Origin: Perna viridis
Lineage: Eukaryota
Reading direction: 5' to 3'
Length of the DNA stretch: 64,000 nt
NCBI GenBank assembly: GCA_037379345.1
Contig: CM074511.1
Span: forward strand, 16,182,001-16,246,000
The notes below the pieces were generated by a model. That model was not told where the DNA came from. It made no database searches and was given only the letters and a program-made list of their open reading frames with translations. The position numbers were made by a program, and so were the translations under genes. Positions 1-13,458 of the stretch are shown here, piece by piece (within the stretch, counting starts at the first letter, position 1; every line of letters starts with the position of its first letter).

Positions 1-759
1 GGTTCAGTAGTTGTGGCCTTTAAAAGTATCGTAAATTGCAGAACAAATACTTGATAATTTGACACAAGCTTTATATAGATGCACCAAATTGTGGGATCTA
101 ATTTATTGTAGCAGTTTTTACTCAACTGCTTGTTACAATCACTTGATATTTAAAACGATCTTCCTATAGGTTTGGCATGTTGTGAATTTTTATTTTGGAC
201 TGTTGTGACAAGTGTGGCTTCCTGTTTGCGAACTGTTTATATTTTTATTGTACACTTAAGTTTATGTATGGCGGTATTACTTGTGGGCTTTGTTTCAGAG
301 ATTAATTTTTCAGTTTTATTTGATAATGAATAATTTTCATATGTTTTTTTTTTCTATCTATAGAAAAATAACTTCAATCACATGACGCACACTTTATAAT
401 CAACTTGGCTTGTAAATTTTCAAGTTTGCACCATGGGCATTTAATACAGGACATTTGTATTGTGGTTGATTGGGAGGTATCAGTTGTGATTTGGTGGTTA
501 CAAGTATGAAAAATGTTTGGTTTTTTTGGCGGTGTGATATAAACAGGTATTTTCATCTTCAAAGTAGAATAGATGCTTTCATCTATGATAAAAGTTACAC
601 CCATTTTATTGCAACTGTCAAGTTATTCCTTTAAAAATTATAATTATAGCAGAAAATAAAAATAGCTAATGCAATAAGTTAAATATATTTAAGGTATCAG
701 TTGTAGGATCTATCCTTTTAAATCAGAAATTCAGTAATTGAGATTGGGCCCTACCCCAG

Positions 760-960
760 GGCTTGACATTTACCGGTGCACCTGGTCCATGCTCCCAGTT
801 TTTAGTAGAGTGCAAGTTGCTCATTTACTTTTGTTACTTTGTATGTATTATTTTAGTTACTTTGTGTTCTTTTGTGGTCAATTTTCCATGTCTGGTCTTT
901 GTCCCTGGATAACATTCTATTGATTTCTGCTAGAATCTTGGTTCCCTTGATTACTCTTTC
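760..960 (+). repeat. Dispersed SINE-like repeat, copy 1 (QARS1 intron)
   Basis: accggtgcacctggtccatgctcccagtttttagt...ttgctcatttacttttg...gtccctgga...cttggttcccttgattactcttt. Homologues at 13459, 23236, 28449 and 61775. Confidence 0.75.
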
Positions 961-2567
961 TTTAAATTATGTGAACAAATATGCATTGTATTTGTGTTAA
1001 TAATACAAATTACAATGCTAAATAAGATATTCATTTGATTATCTATGGATGTATGTTGTATTCTGAGTATTTTGCAATGATTTGTCACAAGAAATATAAC
1101 ATTATAAAAAAAAACCAAATCAGTCCGTGAACATTTTGAACATCATCCAATCCAAAAATTTGGTGCATTAGAATGGACACAATTGTCTGGTACCACATGT
1201 GTAACATATCTTTATTTCACATGTCTTGATATCTTGGAACATTTTTAATCAAGTTTATTTTTCTATATGATATATCTCTACTTTCTTTAAAAAAAAAATA
1301 AAACTTAATGGATAACATTCAGATTATTTCAAATCTGTTGCAATGATATTTCATTTGTAATCCTCTTCACAACTTCACAAATGTAAAATTGATATAAAGT
1401 AACAGTTTTTGTTGATAACAAGTACACTATGTATAGATATGCACCTGATTTTATCTGATCAATGCAGAGAATTTTTTTTTTTCTGACTAAGATAAATCTA
1501 GAAGTTTTATTTCCAGTGTTAGGATTAATGAAATGTATGATAATTTGATTCAGAATTATATATTTCATTTACATTTTCCTATTTTTAATAAGAAGTCTGT
1601 ATACTGTACTTTCTTTATCTAAGTTAGAGTGTATTATTGTTTTCATATTAAATATTACAATGTCAACTTTGTCTGACCTATTGTATTTATGGTAACTTGG
1701 CTGTTATTTTTACAGCATTAGTCTTTTTAACACAATCGTACTACTAATTTGCATCTGTCCACCCACTAATGTTTAATAGGAGAATTATTTACAAGTAGTT
1801 GCATAAAATACTTCAGTGGTATAGTTTTACTAACTTTGGCTTCAATGATAAAAGTCTTTATGGTTAAAGATTTAAGTTATATAAGACATTCACTAACAAT
1901 TGTAGTCACTGCCACTGTGCCAAATGTGATATTAATCTGATAGTGGCTGTTGTTTAGCTCAGAATGAGAATGAAGTGTTAAGTTGGAGTACATTTTTTAT
2001 GGGCGAGCTAATATAAATTCTCAGTGTCTTGGTTTTCTTATTAATCTCTGATTCACACAGATTTAGGTCTAAACAGGTTCTATCAAGGGATTATAAATAT
2101 TCTCCTCCAGAAATACATGGAATTTTTGTAATAGATGTTGCATATCAATCAGATATTACTGTATAATGTCATACATCACAATAAAAAACAGATCTGTTTA
2201 GTGTATTATTTGTTTTGCTGTTGTGACTTCAGCATCATGAATTACTTCTGAAATGTGAGGTTCTTTTTTCAGAATAAAGTTCTTAATCACTAAAGACCAG
2301 ATTGTCAATACTTTTTCTCAACTATGTCAAAAATATATCTACAAATTACAACACAGCTGTTATTGTTTTCTTTGCTTTTTTCTCATATAGTGATAATTAT
2401 GTGCTCTTTTGATATTTCTATGTAAATTATGTCTAACTATTTACAGATGCAAGTCATCAAATAAAATAAAAATATATCAACAAAACTGTAAATAATTACA
2501 TGAGCTGTAACATCTGGTTCATTAGTCACATGACAAAAGTTGATGATCATGTGATTTATGTTTTCAG

Positions 2568-2693
2568 AACTCTATGTCAGTGATAACCAATGCATATGTG
2601 GATGTGTCAGTAAAGAATGCCAAACATTTTGACAAGTTCCAGTTTGAGAGAGTTGGTTTCTTTAGTGTTGATCCTGATACAAGCCATTCAAAG
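2568..2693 (+). CDS. QARS1: Glutaminyl-tRNA synthetase, penultimate coding exon (NSMSVITNAYVDVSVKNAKHFDKFQFERVGFFSVDPDTSHSK)
   Basis: ttttcag acceptor, AAG|gtatga donor, 126 nt, phase 0/0. FDKFQFERxGFFSVDPD is the metazoan GlnRS C-terminal anticodon-binding-domain motif. Upstream exons were not found in 1-2567 and probably lie left of the window. Confidence 0.95.
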
Positions 2694-3152
2694 GTATGAC
2701 CAATTGACTTAAGTAATTGGACCTCTCAATATTATCTGTAATTGAAGGTTATTTTGTAATGTACTATTCAGGCACAGATCTAAGGACAGGCATGCTTGGA
2801 CTATCTCCCCTAAATTTGGGTAAAACTATTTTTGGCACGAGATCTTGATTTTTATCAAATTCACTTTGCTTGGCATTTAATTTTATTAACACACCTCCCC
2901 GAATCATGGATTGGCCTGTGCTGTTGCCTATTATAAGTACCATACATGTAAAAAGTTTGTGCTATATTAAGAAAAGAAGTTTAGGAAAAATCATTATGTT
3001 TCATTTTTGTTTTTCATAGAACATGTTTTTTTACACTAGATATACTTATCAACAAATTTAACCTTTAGTTTATAAAGTAGAACATATAATATCACATTTA
3101 AATGTTTTGCAGAGGTGGATGAATAAACATCGATCCACTTGTTTTGTTTCAG

Positions 3153-3203
3153 ATGGTGTTTAACAGAACTGTAACATTAAAGGAAGATCCAGGAAAGAAA
3201 TAG
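3153..3203 (+). CDS. QARS1: Glutaminyl-tRNA synthetase, last coding exon (MVFNRTVTLKEDPGKK*)
   Basis: gttttgtttcag acceptor. VFNRTVTLKEDPGK matches the C-terminus of animal GlnRS. TAG at 3201-3203. Confidence 0.95.
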   Translation: MVFNRTVTLKEDPGKK

Positions 3204-3231
3204 ACAGTGCAATGTACTTACCATAACTCTG

Positions 3232-3237
3232 AATAAA
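3232..3237 (+). promoter_or_regulatory. Candidate polyadenylation signal of QARS1
   Basis: AATAAA 28 nt after the stop codon, followed by T-rich sequence. Confidence 0.5.
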
Positions 3238-3933
3238 ACAGAGCAGGATTATTTATTAAATTAAAATTTTAATTTTATGACATACAATTTTCATTTTCCT
3301 TATATAAAAAATGCTGCAGATCTGTTTTTTCCCCTCATCATTTTGTCCACATATTAAGTATACGATAGAAATCAATTTCTTTACCATAATGTCATCACTC
3401 AGTAATTTAGAAAGCTATTGTCTATTTTTGTTAACAGGGATGATTTTTAGCGGAATTCTGCTAATTGAAATCTGGATTTCACCATTACGATTCTTTATTT
3501 TTACAGTTATTCATTTTCGACTTTACCAATGTCTGCTTTGTTTGATGACCTCGTAAAATCATCCCTGTGTTAATGCTATGAAGAATTATACTTATGAATC
3601 TGAAGTACGTTTGTGTTCTTAAATTTTGAATTTTAAATAAGCTGTTAATGTTTCTCTGGGTATCCTCTTAACCACTGCATAACACTACAAGTCAAACTTC
3701 CAAGAAAATTTAAATCTGTTGTACTAAATGTCCATCCATTCAGATTTCACTGCAAATTTCTCTAGCCCCAAAAGAATGGATTGATTTAACATTTTGTGTG
3801 TAGCTGTATATAGATACAATTTATGTTGTAAATTATTTTGGGTGCTGTTTGATATCAACTTCCTATTACTTTGGACTTAGCCACTTTTTACAAAATGAAA
3901 TGATAGAGAAAATGTTCATTACAAAATCTTGTC

Positions 3934-4037
3934 TCCCAATAAGGCAAAACTCTCATCTCCCGGCTCCCAACAAGGCAAAACTCTCAGCTCCTGGCTCCCA
4001 ATAAGGCAAAACTCTCGCCTCCCGGCTCCCAATAAGG
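3934..4037. repeat. ~30-bp tandem repeat, ~3.4 copies
   Basis: ctcccaataaggcaaaactctc..ctccc/tgg repeated. Confidence 0.85.
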
Positions 4038-4838
4038 TTTGTAAATCTTGTTCTCAATCTATTTTTTATCAGAAATTTTTACTATTAACATCAAAATCCG
4101 AAGACCAATTTGTGTTTAGTTTGCTACCCCTAGATACATCAATGCATGGTTAGCAAAATTTGTCTATTATGAGTTATCAACAAACTCATTTAATGTGGAA
4201 ATAATTGTAAATGTCATATTTTTATCTTCCAATTTATGCAAATGAGATTTTGCTGACAAGATTGTAGTCCTCAACTTAGTAAACAACCAATACCTTTGAT
4301 ATGGACCCATTTTCATACAATCACAGGGTCACGTGACGAGACTTGCAGGCCATATGGATTGATTGATTTCAAATTTGGTGTGTGGCTTCATATAGATGGG
4401 GCATATGTTATAAGTAATTTTCATTGCTCTTAGAATATCAGCTTCCTGTATGAGTTTGGATATTCCAATCCAACACATGTAACGTCATTTTTTTTCATAT
4501 ACCAAAAATTCGAATTGAAATGGAACTGCTTAGTTTTCTTATCACATTCACTAGAAATTAAAGTTTTAAAATTGGATAACTTAACTTTAGAGTGCATGTT
4601 AATTTCACATTAAAAAATATCCATTTCTTTACAATTATTTACATGTACATTTAATACATATACAATGCTTTTAACTACTATTTGTTTATGTCAGCAATTT
4701 GAGTACTTCAGACCAAATGTGAAGGAACTCAGACTGTGATGAAAATGCATGCTGGGCTGGCAGAACATGTTAAATATAAGGTTTAATGGGGAAAAAAAAA
4801 ATGCAGAATCTTGTAGGCCTTGTCCTTCTGGCAATCCT

Positions 4839-5156
4839 GGGTGCATTTCTTTTACCTGAAGCTGAAAAATGTTTCAAAAAACAGAAACATGATTCGGTGA
4901 TTAAAAATACAACATTTGAGAAACTGTCACATGTTTCAGTTTCTATCAAAACAAACATGTTTCAAAAGTAACAAAATGGCTTGGTAGCGAAGCAAAATAA
5001 TATCGGGACCGGTTTCGGTTTGTGTTTCAGTTTGAAACATCAATCACTTATGTTTCAAATGTTTCGATATCATGTTTCTGTTTCAAGTAAAAGAAACAGT
5101 GAAACATGAAAATGATTCAGAATCATGTTTCAGATTAGGGTAAAAGAAATGCGCCC
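4839..5156. mobile_element. MITE with GGG termini (PIF/Harbinger-like)
   Basis: TIRs GGGTGCATTTCTTTTACC / GGTAAAAGAAATGCGCCC (17/18), extending imperfectly inward. Interior built from tgtttc/gaaaca motifs. Confidence 0.7.
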
Positions 5157-5374
5157 TTGCAGACGAAGGTATCCAGGAAGGGTTTCCTACCGAAATGAAT
5201 TTAATATGGTTCCAGAATTTGTTAATCAATTGAAAGAAATTGTTCAAAATACACAAATGAAAATTGAATACAAATTTCACTACCATAGAGATAAAAACTA
5301 AGGTTAGTCGAAAAAGAATTGTTCAGTGTTGTATTCAATAAGAAGAAAAACTGTTAATTCGATTATCCATTTAA

Positions 5375-7725
5375 AGTAGTCTGTCCGCCACGCTTAATGG
5401 CACTTACTTTGTCTTACCTTACTTTTAAAGGATATTAAACCGATAAAGTAATTTAAACTGTGCACGATGTTTATGTACATAGGTTACAGACCACCAATTC
5501 AACCAATGAGCATTTGGAACGTACGCAAAAATAGTCCTACGCAGAAATTACCCCTGTTCCTCATAGTGCTGTGAAAAAAGTTCTCATCTTATTTAAAAAA
5601 TTGAAACAGTTTCTGAAAGGAAAAACATTTCTGTACATTTTATAGGTGCATTTTGCTTCTTGTGATGTGAAGCCTAATCTCCATAATGATTTTTAAATAT
5701 ACCCCTATCTTGTGAAAACACTTGGATTTCCCATGCTATTTATAGACCCTTCACTTCCGGTGACCAGTACTGCACTGCAAGTCTGCTAACCCCACATGCC
5801 ATTCTGAGGATTGTGAGCTGACATATGTAGAATCATGCTGATATATAGTCATCTGCAGGTTAAAGTTAAGGTAAAGTCCAGAGAAGCCATTGAATATTGT
5901 GAAATTAGCATAGAAGCCTATGGGAAGTGGAATTAGTGGTTTTTAGCCTTAAGATGAAGCCATGGCAAAATGAAAAGTTTCTTGAAATAGCTTTAAACTA
6001 CTTGAAGATCTTGTTAACTTTGCCATGAGAGGAATACACTACAAAAATCCTTCAAAATATGCATTTTTTTAAGTTATAGGTCCAAATTATGGAAAATTGG
6101 TCTTTTTGGCTGATTTTTATGTCCTATCTTGTAAAAAGTGTAGAAAATTTAGTAAAAATATCAAATATTAAACTTTGAGGGCTATATTTACCTAAATATG
6201 GTAGTAATAAGCACTTGAAATCAAGTTTTGTGTAGATTTGAGCAAAAATTAGGTTAGAAATGAGGAAAAACTCACTTTCATTACTGCGGTTAAGGCCATA
6301 TAAGCATTCCCCTATGGCAACATGGAAAATCCATTATTGAGCACTTTTTTTGCTTTAGGTGCCCTTTACTGGTCATGTTTTAATGTGAAAACACTGTATT
6401 TACAAATTTAAAGCCAAATATATCACCTTTTGTGAAAATTTAAAGATTTAGGATTTTTGACATGTGATCAAGAAAAAGGGGGAGGCATGTCAGAAATAAA
6501 TTTTTAAAAATAGACCAATTTCTCAGAAAATGATTACTTTTAAAACTATTTCTTCATTAATATTGTTAAAAAACAAGTTGTGATTGATATTTTTTATTTG
6601 AAAAGTCAGAAAAAGTTCTTTGCAAATATTTAATGCATTTCAGTATGGTAGAATATTTTCACTTTTTTGCTCGCACAACTTGGTTACCCTATATTTAAAA
6701 ATCAAATATTTAAAAAAGTACTTGTCACATTTCACTGAAACTTTGCAAATGCATTCAGTATGTGTGTAGGAAGATACCTGTATAGTTATTTATTTTTTCT
6801 AAGACAAAAAGTGACTCTTTAGGTTACAGACCACCAATTCAACCAATGAGCATTTGGAACGTACGCAAAAATAGTCCTACGCAGAAATTACCCCTGTTCC
6901 TCATAGTGCTGTGAAAAAAAGTTCTCATCTTATTTAAAAAATTGAAACAGTTTCTGAAAGGAAAAACATTTCTGTACATTTTATAGGTGCATTTTGCTTC
7001 TTGTGATGTGAAGCCTAATCTCCATAATGATTTTTAAATATACCCCTATCTTGTGAAAACACTTGGATTTCCCATGCTATTTATAGACCCTTCACTTCCG
7101 GTGACCAGTACTGCACTGCAAGTCTGCTAACCCCACATGCCATTCTGAGGATTGTGAGCTGACATATGTAGAATCATGCTGATATATAGTCATCTGCAGG
7201 TTAAAGTTAAGGTAAAGTCCAGAGAAGCCATTGAATATTGTGAAATTAGCATAGAAGCCTATGGGAAGTGGAATTAGTGGTTTTTAGCCTACATATTGAA
7301 GATGTGCACTTCTTATTATTGAGAAATTCGGTTAATTTTTACCTACGTGTTCTATATGTTGAACTTCGCAATTTTCGTCATGGACAGTATCTACATTGTG
7401 TTATCTGCACAAACTTTGCATAATTTTTATATACATGTTGAAAATGTGTGCCTTGCATTCTGAAACAAAAATTACAATTATTTTGGTATGAATTTTGATC
7501 TATTGAATTTAGATATGTTCAGCAATATAAAACAACGCTGTCTAGCACTTTCAAGTATAATTAAACGTTATGAATGCTGAATCACTGGACAATTTTTCGT
7601 AATGCTTTTGCAAAATTATACTGATGCTTTTAATTCCATCGTTAACATTTAGTTAAGTTCAAGTAGACAATAGTTTATCAATCTTAATGAGAAGAAAGAT
7701 TCCGTCACCTGCGGGTGAACTTGTT
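5375..7725 (+). mobile_element. Degenerate Helentron/HINE (pearl-like) repeat that hosts the KolobokP-like insertion
   Basis: gtctgtccg seed at ~5379. Repeated aaact..gcac...catattgaagatgtgcac units, one split by the insertion. Terminal palindrome tcacctgcgggtga followed by acttgtt. Confidence 0.5.
5481..7290. mobile_element. Non-autonomous composite DNA transposon with long terminal direct repeats (KolobokP-like)
   Basis: Direct repeats at 5481-5949 and 6821-7290 are identical by eye except one base in an A-run. Each has its own imperfect TIRs (AGGTTACAGACCACCAATTC / GAATTAGTGGTTTTTAGCCT, 16/20 match). ACAT flanks both outer ends. The 871-bp interior has no ORF. Confidence 0.8.
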
Positions 7726-9979
7726 CACAACCTTTGAAAATTCCATAATACCCAAGTGCTTGATAATAAAACGGTAAGGTTAGAAAAGTTTATAACATAG
7801 TAATTTACAATAAGTAGTTTATCAAAGAGATGGATGATTCACATTTGAAATAATTGAAATTTTCGGACAACTGGACCGAAATAATTTTTTTAAGAAAGCA
7901 ATTGGCCCTACGAGGGTCCTGGAGTTATTACTCGCATTTATGGAAATAAGGAAGGAAGAATGGCTATGTACGTGTGGTTGAATAATTTCTCCTTCAAAGT
8001 AACTACTTTTCTTAATTTCTGTAATTAACCTTTTCCCGAGATATGTGGAAATATCAATATTTATTTGCAACACGCTGGATGATTTTCCGATTTTTGTCGT
8101 TACTTTTCGGCCAATGCGTTTCATATAACTTTTAAAGGGGGCCATGGTCGACAGCGCTATTAAAATCAAGACAAAAGACAAACCAAGGAAAACGACATTA
8201 CACTACACTGAAACACAGCGACTAAAAGAACATCGAAAAAAAGAAGATAAACAAGTGCTTGGTAATAAATACTTAGTTTTGTAATTTTCCTAAATAAAAA
8301 AACTTAATTGTCTTCATGTTAGTGTTTCCCTTTTGTCATGCTCCATTGTATAAATGTGGGGCTCTATGGCAGGCGATAATTTCGGCAATAAATATAATAA
8401 AATTAAATGATTTTTTTTTGTCGACTGACTTTAGTATACCATTATAATTTTGACGAAGTGATGAATGTATTTTTAGAAATACATTGGTTGTATTTTAGCA
8501 CTTAACAATTTAGCTTTCTTTTAGTGCAGATGAAAATAAACAATAAGCTTGCTCGCTCAAGAATATTGTATTATAGAAACCGGGAAATATTTTCGCCGCT
8601 TGCTTACGACTATAGGAAGCTGATAGCATAATTCAGCTATCCCAGGACGTTGTCGTTTCTTTTCTCACTTAATTGGAGCCGACAGCATCATCAAATCAAA
8701 AGACCCAAAAACACAATATTATGCAAGAGAAACAGTGATAAAACATTTTTTACTTCCTACAATCCTGTGACCTTTATACTTCCCCCGGGAAGGTACGCCA
8801 AACTTTTCATATGTAAATGTAGCGTTGATTTGATTATTTAGATGGATAAACAACACTTCGTACCATGTATCTTAATGTTTTATACTGTAAATTGCTGATT
8901 AGTAATATTTCCCATGAAATGTTCTACATGATCAATGGTCCAAGACTGGCCTGTATGACCAACGTTTTTTTGTTCTTTTTTGTTTTTGTTTTTATTATTT
9001 TTATTAAAAAAAAAACAACGATTCCGTTCATGAAAAGCTTCCGAAGTGAACTGTGGAATAATTTTGACTTAGGGGCGTCATACATTGTGTTTGTGTTTTT
9101 TTTTGTTGTTGTTGTAAAAACCAGAATGGCGTGGTATTATGTGGTGCCATGCGTAGTAATTGACAGGTATGTGTACGTTCCTCTGTCCAAGTGACAGTCT
9201 TTCAAAAGACTACTTGATAAACATTGAAATATTTGTTTCACGTAAGCATACTTGTGTAGAACTAAAAACTAAGATCTATTTTCAACACAGTTTTGGATAT
9301 AGGTCATCCTTCTTTTGTGATAATTTCCTGATGGTTATATAAGAACAGTTCGAATATTCAAACGTTGCACAATTGTCTAGTGCCATAGAATAAATATTTT
9401 AAGGCTTCAAGAAAATGTTCAAGGTTCAATTATCCAGTATTTTAGTTTTGCCGCCCACCCTCTTTCTGTGGTTTTGATTTTGTGTATAGTTCATTCTGCC
9501 CGACATTCAGTGTGAAGAGATATCGCTTAATATGCCTTGTTTGTTTATGTCTAGAATAACTTTGAGGATGTAAGTAAACTTTTTTAATTGTAAAACGAAA
9601 TAGCAACAATAAACATTTGAAGACATAACCATATTGCTCGTATATGTGCTCGTGATTACTATAAACAACACTTTTACAATAACAAGAACGATCTCTCAAT
9701 AGTGATGCCTATTTGCCTTTGTTAGGTACACATGCAGTGCATATGAAGTTCCTGTAGATTTTTTTTCAATGGCCATGCTAAATCAATGAAATATGAATAT
9801 TACATCACACGCGTGTGACCCCATATCACATTGTTTGCTCAGACTATCACATTTATATCAGATGCAGCTACTATGGAATGCTATTATCTCCCCTTAACGA
9901 TCCGACGAACGTTCGTTTGATCAGGACGTCAATTCCGCGTGTCGACTAACAGATGAGGTACAAATCCAAGATGGCAATA

Positions 9980-10201
9980 TCAATGCAGAGGAATGTTATT
10001 GCACGTTGTAAAGATGTATATTATTTTTATTATGAATAAAGAATGTGACATAGATACGGCAGAGTTTGACCCGTCACTGGCATTGTCATTCAGATTATGT
10101 CGCACTTGAATTTTATGCTGAATACTGTCTGTAATAATATTCTCTCTGTCAAGTTCTGTGGTTATCTGCACGACCGTTAATGCTTCCGTTGAAGTTGATA
10201 C
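9980..10201 (-). CDS. Gene A exon 6: S/T-rich stalk plus GPI-type C-terminal signal (VSTSTEALTVV...ASDGSNSAVSMSHSLFIIKIIYIFTTCNNIPLH*)
   Basis: tttttttcag acceptor, phase 0, 222 nt to TGA. Small-residue cluster followed by a hydrophobic tail. The spliced CDS totals 888 nt = 295 aa. Confidence 0.8.
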   Translation of the reverse strand, partial: VSTSTEALTVVQITTELDRENIITDSIQHKIQVRHNLNDNASDGSNSAVSMSHSLFIIKIIYIFTTCNNIPLH

Positions 10202-12008
10202 CTGAAAAAAAAGTAGAAAATATCCAACGAAAATTTCAATATGCATTTACCCTTCATTTTTACCTTTTTAAACCGAACGCGGTAAATCATATGGTATAGC
10301 CAGTATTTTCACAAAAAGGAGGCATTCCAAAACAAGTCAAAATTGGCACAATACAGAAATAAAGATTCCTATCACTGCTCCACGACTTGAAGGCGCTTCC
10401 CGGAAAGATACCTAAATGTTTATTTCTTCAGGCCGAGACTGGGAATGAGTGTTAGACAAGTGATTCAAATATAACTGATGAAAACGTTCCCATGGTATAT
10501 GGAGTGAACACGATAGTTGTAATATGTTATTACCAAACTAGAAAGACATTAATTAAAATAATTGACACGAAATCTGAAATATATATTTATTAAAGTCTCG
10601 CGCTATTGTTAAATTTCTCAGATTAGAAACGTTTGCCAAATTGAACGCTTTTTTGTCTACACATTTTAGTATTACGAAATAATGCTCTCATTTTGAGTGA
10701 AACGAGTACGCATGAGAAGACATAAATAAAAGCATCAGACAAGTTATTGTTATCAAAGACAACAGGAAGCCAAAGGAAAAACTATTTTTTTCTGCCATAT
10801 GTTGTATAACTTTGTGTGAATCTGGAATTATCAAATATTATCTAGAACAAATCACAAAACACATTGCAAATTGTTTTAACAACAGTGATGATGTGGTGTA
10901 TAATAATGCCATCTTCACCTGGATACTGAGTGAAGAATTGTCACTTAAGACTACCCACATCGATAAATGAATTTGTGCTCGCTGTTTTATGATAGAAAAC
11001 GCATAAAAAGCCGTTTTTGATATCGATGCCGAAATCACGACTCAGTTCATTTTGTAAACTTTTACACGAAGTGGATGTACACTTTCACTTTAAAGAAAAC
11101 AATGAGATTAAAGTCCAAATTGTTATATATCAAACACTTATCTAGAAAAAAAAGAATGCTATTGTTTTTATCCGGTTTTAATCATCAAAAACACAAGCAC
11201 AAAAACCCTTGATAATAAGGACTGAATGTAACTGGTGTTTTTCTGTCCGAATCATGAAATAGTCACTTAAAAGAAGACACGTTTTTCAAGAAAGACAAGA
11301 TCAAGTATAGAGACACAGTAAAATAACACCGATACTAACAAGAAATGCACGAACCGGGTTATATTTCACTGAATATTTTAACAGTCGGACCTACATGGCA
11401 GTGATTGTGTGAAAAAAAAACAATATGAAGGGTTTTACGACATGAGAAAGGAGATAAAATTTATTCCCCGATGGAGCTATAAAGTTTCACGTCGGTGATA
11501 TGTTCTTGATGCATGACAAAATGAGGCTTTTTGATTCATTCTTCAAGTGTTTAATTGGAATGCCATTTAGTTAACATATGAAGAGCAAAATACATTATGC
11601 AATTATTTGAAATGATACATCGCTTTTAAGATAATGCAGTTGAACTTAAAACATCATGTACTTGCATACTTTCCAATAATTTCAGTTCAAGTTATTCTTG
11701 TAAAGACGGCAAAATTAGAAACGAGGAAAATTAAAGGTATTTACTTATTATTTAGCATCTTTCAGCTACTATGAGTCTACGAAATAAAGACAACTTCCAG
11801 ATACCTTTTCAGGGCCGATAACCAGACTCATACTAGTAGTTAAAGAATACCACAACCGTCGAGAGAAGACAAATCAGTTAAATTTCAAATTCCTGCTTTG
11901 AATTGAATCGCTAAAAAGTTATTGATACAATCTCAGTTTATGTTTCTGTGTGTGTGTGTGTAATGCAGCAGCAGAAAAGTAGAGTCGTTTAATATGTGCA
12001 ATACTTAC

Positions 12009-12153
12009 AAATATCTGAGCGTCGCGATTGATGTCACAATCGCTGCTCCGTCTGATCATTGGTTTTACTAAGACCGGTACCAATTTAGCGGCCTCGTTGT
12101 CACATCTTCTCTCAATATTTGCCCTAATACAGTTTAAAGTTAATCTGAAATTT
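12009..12153 (-). CDS. Gene A exon 5 (NFRLTLNCIRANIERRCDNEAAKLVPVLVKPMIRRSSDCDINRDAQIF)
   Basis: ttttacag acceptor, gtaagt donor, phase 2->0. Homologous to gene B exon 5 (CI..NI...C..EA..LV, RS.DCD). Confidence 0.9.
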
Positions 12154-12492
12154 CTGTAAAATCAATAAAAAGAAAAATGTTTCAAGTTCATGAATTTATG
12201 TGAATGCAAATCAGGTTTGAAGACTTCTTCGACTTATATGAAGACTTATTGTCTCTGCAACCGTGAAGATAACTTAACTATTGATGTACGCCACCGTCAG
12301 CATTAATGGACTTTAGATTTCATTTGTTGAACATTAATAAGCCGATTTCCAACCTTGAAACGTACCAGGTGTATTTTGTTCAGCATCTATTAATATCCTT
12401 TAAGAAAATATATTTTTCACAAACGATCATTTGTTCGAAGTCGGAGATAACGAGAAGAACGTACTTAAAATTGCTTTTATGTTAAGGATCAA

Positions 12493-12600
12493 GGCATCGT
12501 TTCACAAACCACTCGTAAGACTTGCGTACACGCAAATCTTTAACAAACCAAAGGTACCCACCTGTATACAAGTCTTACTTAAGCTTTGTTATACGATGCC
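12493..12600. mobile_element. ~105-bp MITE, family shared with 35131-35233
   Basis: TIRs GGCATCGTTTCACAAA / TTTGTTATACGATGCC. The interior aligns in reverse orientation with the 35131 copy. Confidence 0.7.
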
Positions 12601-12965
12601 AAATATACTATGTTACTTCCGGGTTGTTACATGCACAATGAAGCTCAGTAACGATGAAAACCAAACATCAACGTTGTGTTTTATTATCGTGTTTTGCCAA
12701 CGCCTCTGTCGTTTGAATTAAACGGCTTGCCAAATACCAACAAGAAAGCAAAACAAAATATTAAGAATAATAAATATTGACCTCTGTTCAATATATTTTT
12801 TCAATTTAGATATCTCAGATTAGTGTGGACAATAATTGTGCAGGCAATTGTGAATACAAATTGGAACATAAAGATTAAACAGTTATTACAACTTTCATAT
12901 TTTTGGAACATGTGAATTTCGCGTATGAAACATTTCAATTGACAAGATACATAATATATACGTGC

Positions 12966-13095
12966 CTACAAAGCTGAGACAAAGAATAGTCATCAAATCT
13001 TGACATGAGTCTGACAGATGAATTCATATTGTCCTCAAAACATCTCTCGGAATTACTCCGAGACATCAGAAAACATGTCATATGTCTTGCATATA
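12966..13095 (-). CDS. Gene A exon 4 (VYARHMTCFLMSRSNSERCFEDNMNSSVRLMSRFDDYSLSQLCR)
   Basis: tttcag acceptor. 130 nt, the same length as gene B exon 4, when the GC donor AG|gcacgt is used. VYAR and SERCFE shared with the paralogue. Confidence 0.9.
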
Positions 13096-13458
13096 CTGAA
13101 ATGAGAAAAAAAAACAAAGCTATTAATTCATTCAGATGCATTAATTTCGAAATTGCTTGTCTGATATTGGTCTTTAAATCTTCAAAATGATTTGAGTTTA
13201 TATTGATATGGAAGATTTATTCATTGTCTGATTCTTATTTCTCTTAGATAATCTCAAGTCGAGGAAGTTGGACGACTTGTCTCTCTTATATAATCTGGAT
13301 CACCTCAAGTAGTCGATATCATGACAGTAAATAAGATCACAGGAGTTCCCAGCTGACCGGTATATCATATTTACGGTATAATAATGTAGCATGTACTTCC
13401 TACACGTTTATATTTCATGGATAAGTTACACTTTGTATTATTAAATCTTATGTTTGTA

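Noticed and set aside
5160-5195. Hammerhead-ribozyme-like cagacga-aggta...tacc-gaaa
   Set aside because: The core reads CAGACGA rather than CUGANGA and I could not build stems I and III.
5481-7290. LTR retrotransposon/TRIM interpretation of the 470-bp direct repeats
   Set aside because: Termini are AGG...CCT with ~20-bp TIRs, not TG...CA, and no PBS or PPT is evident.
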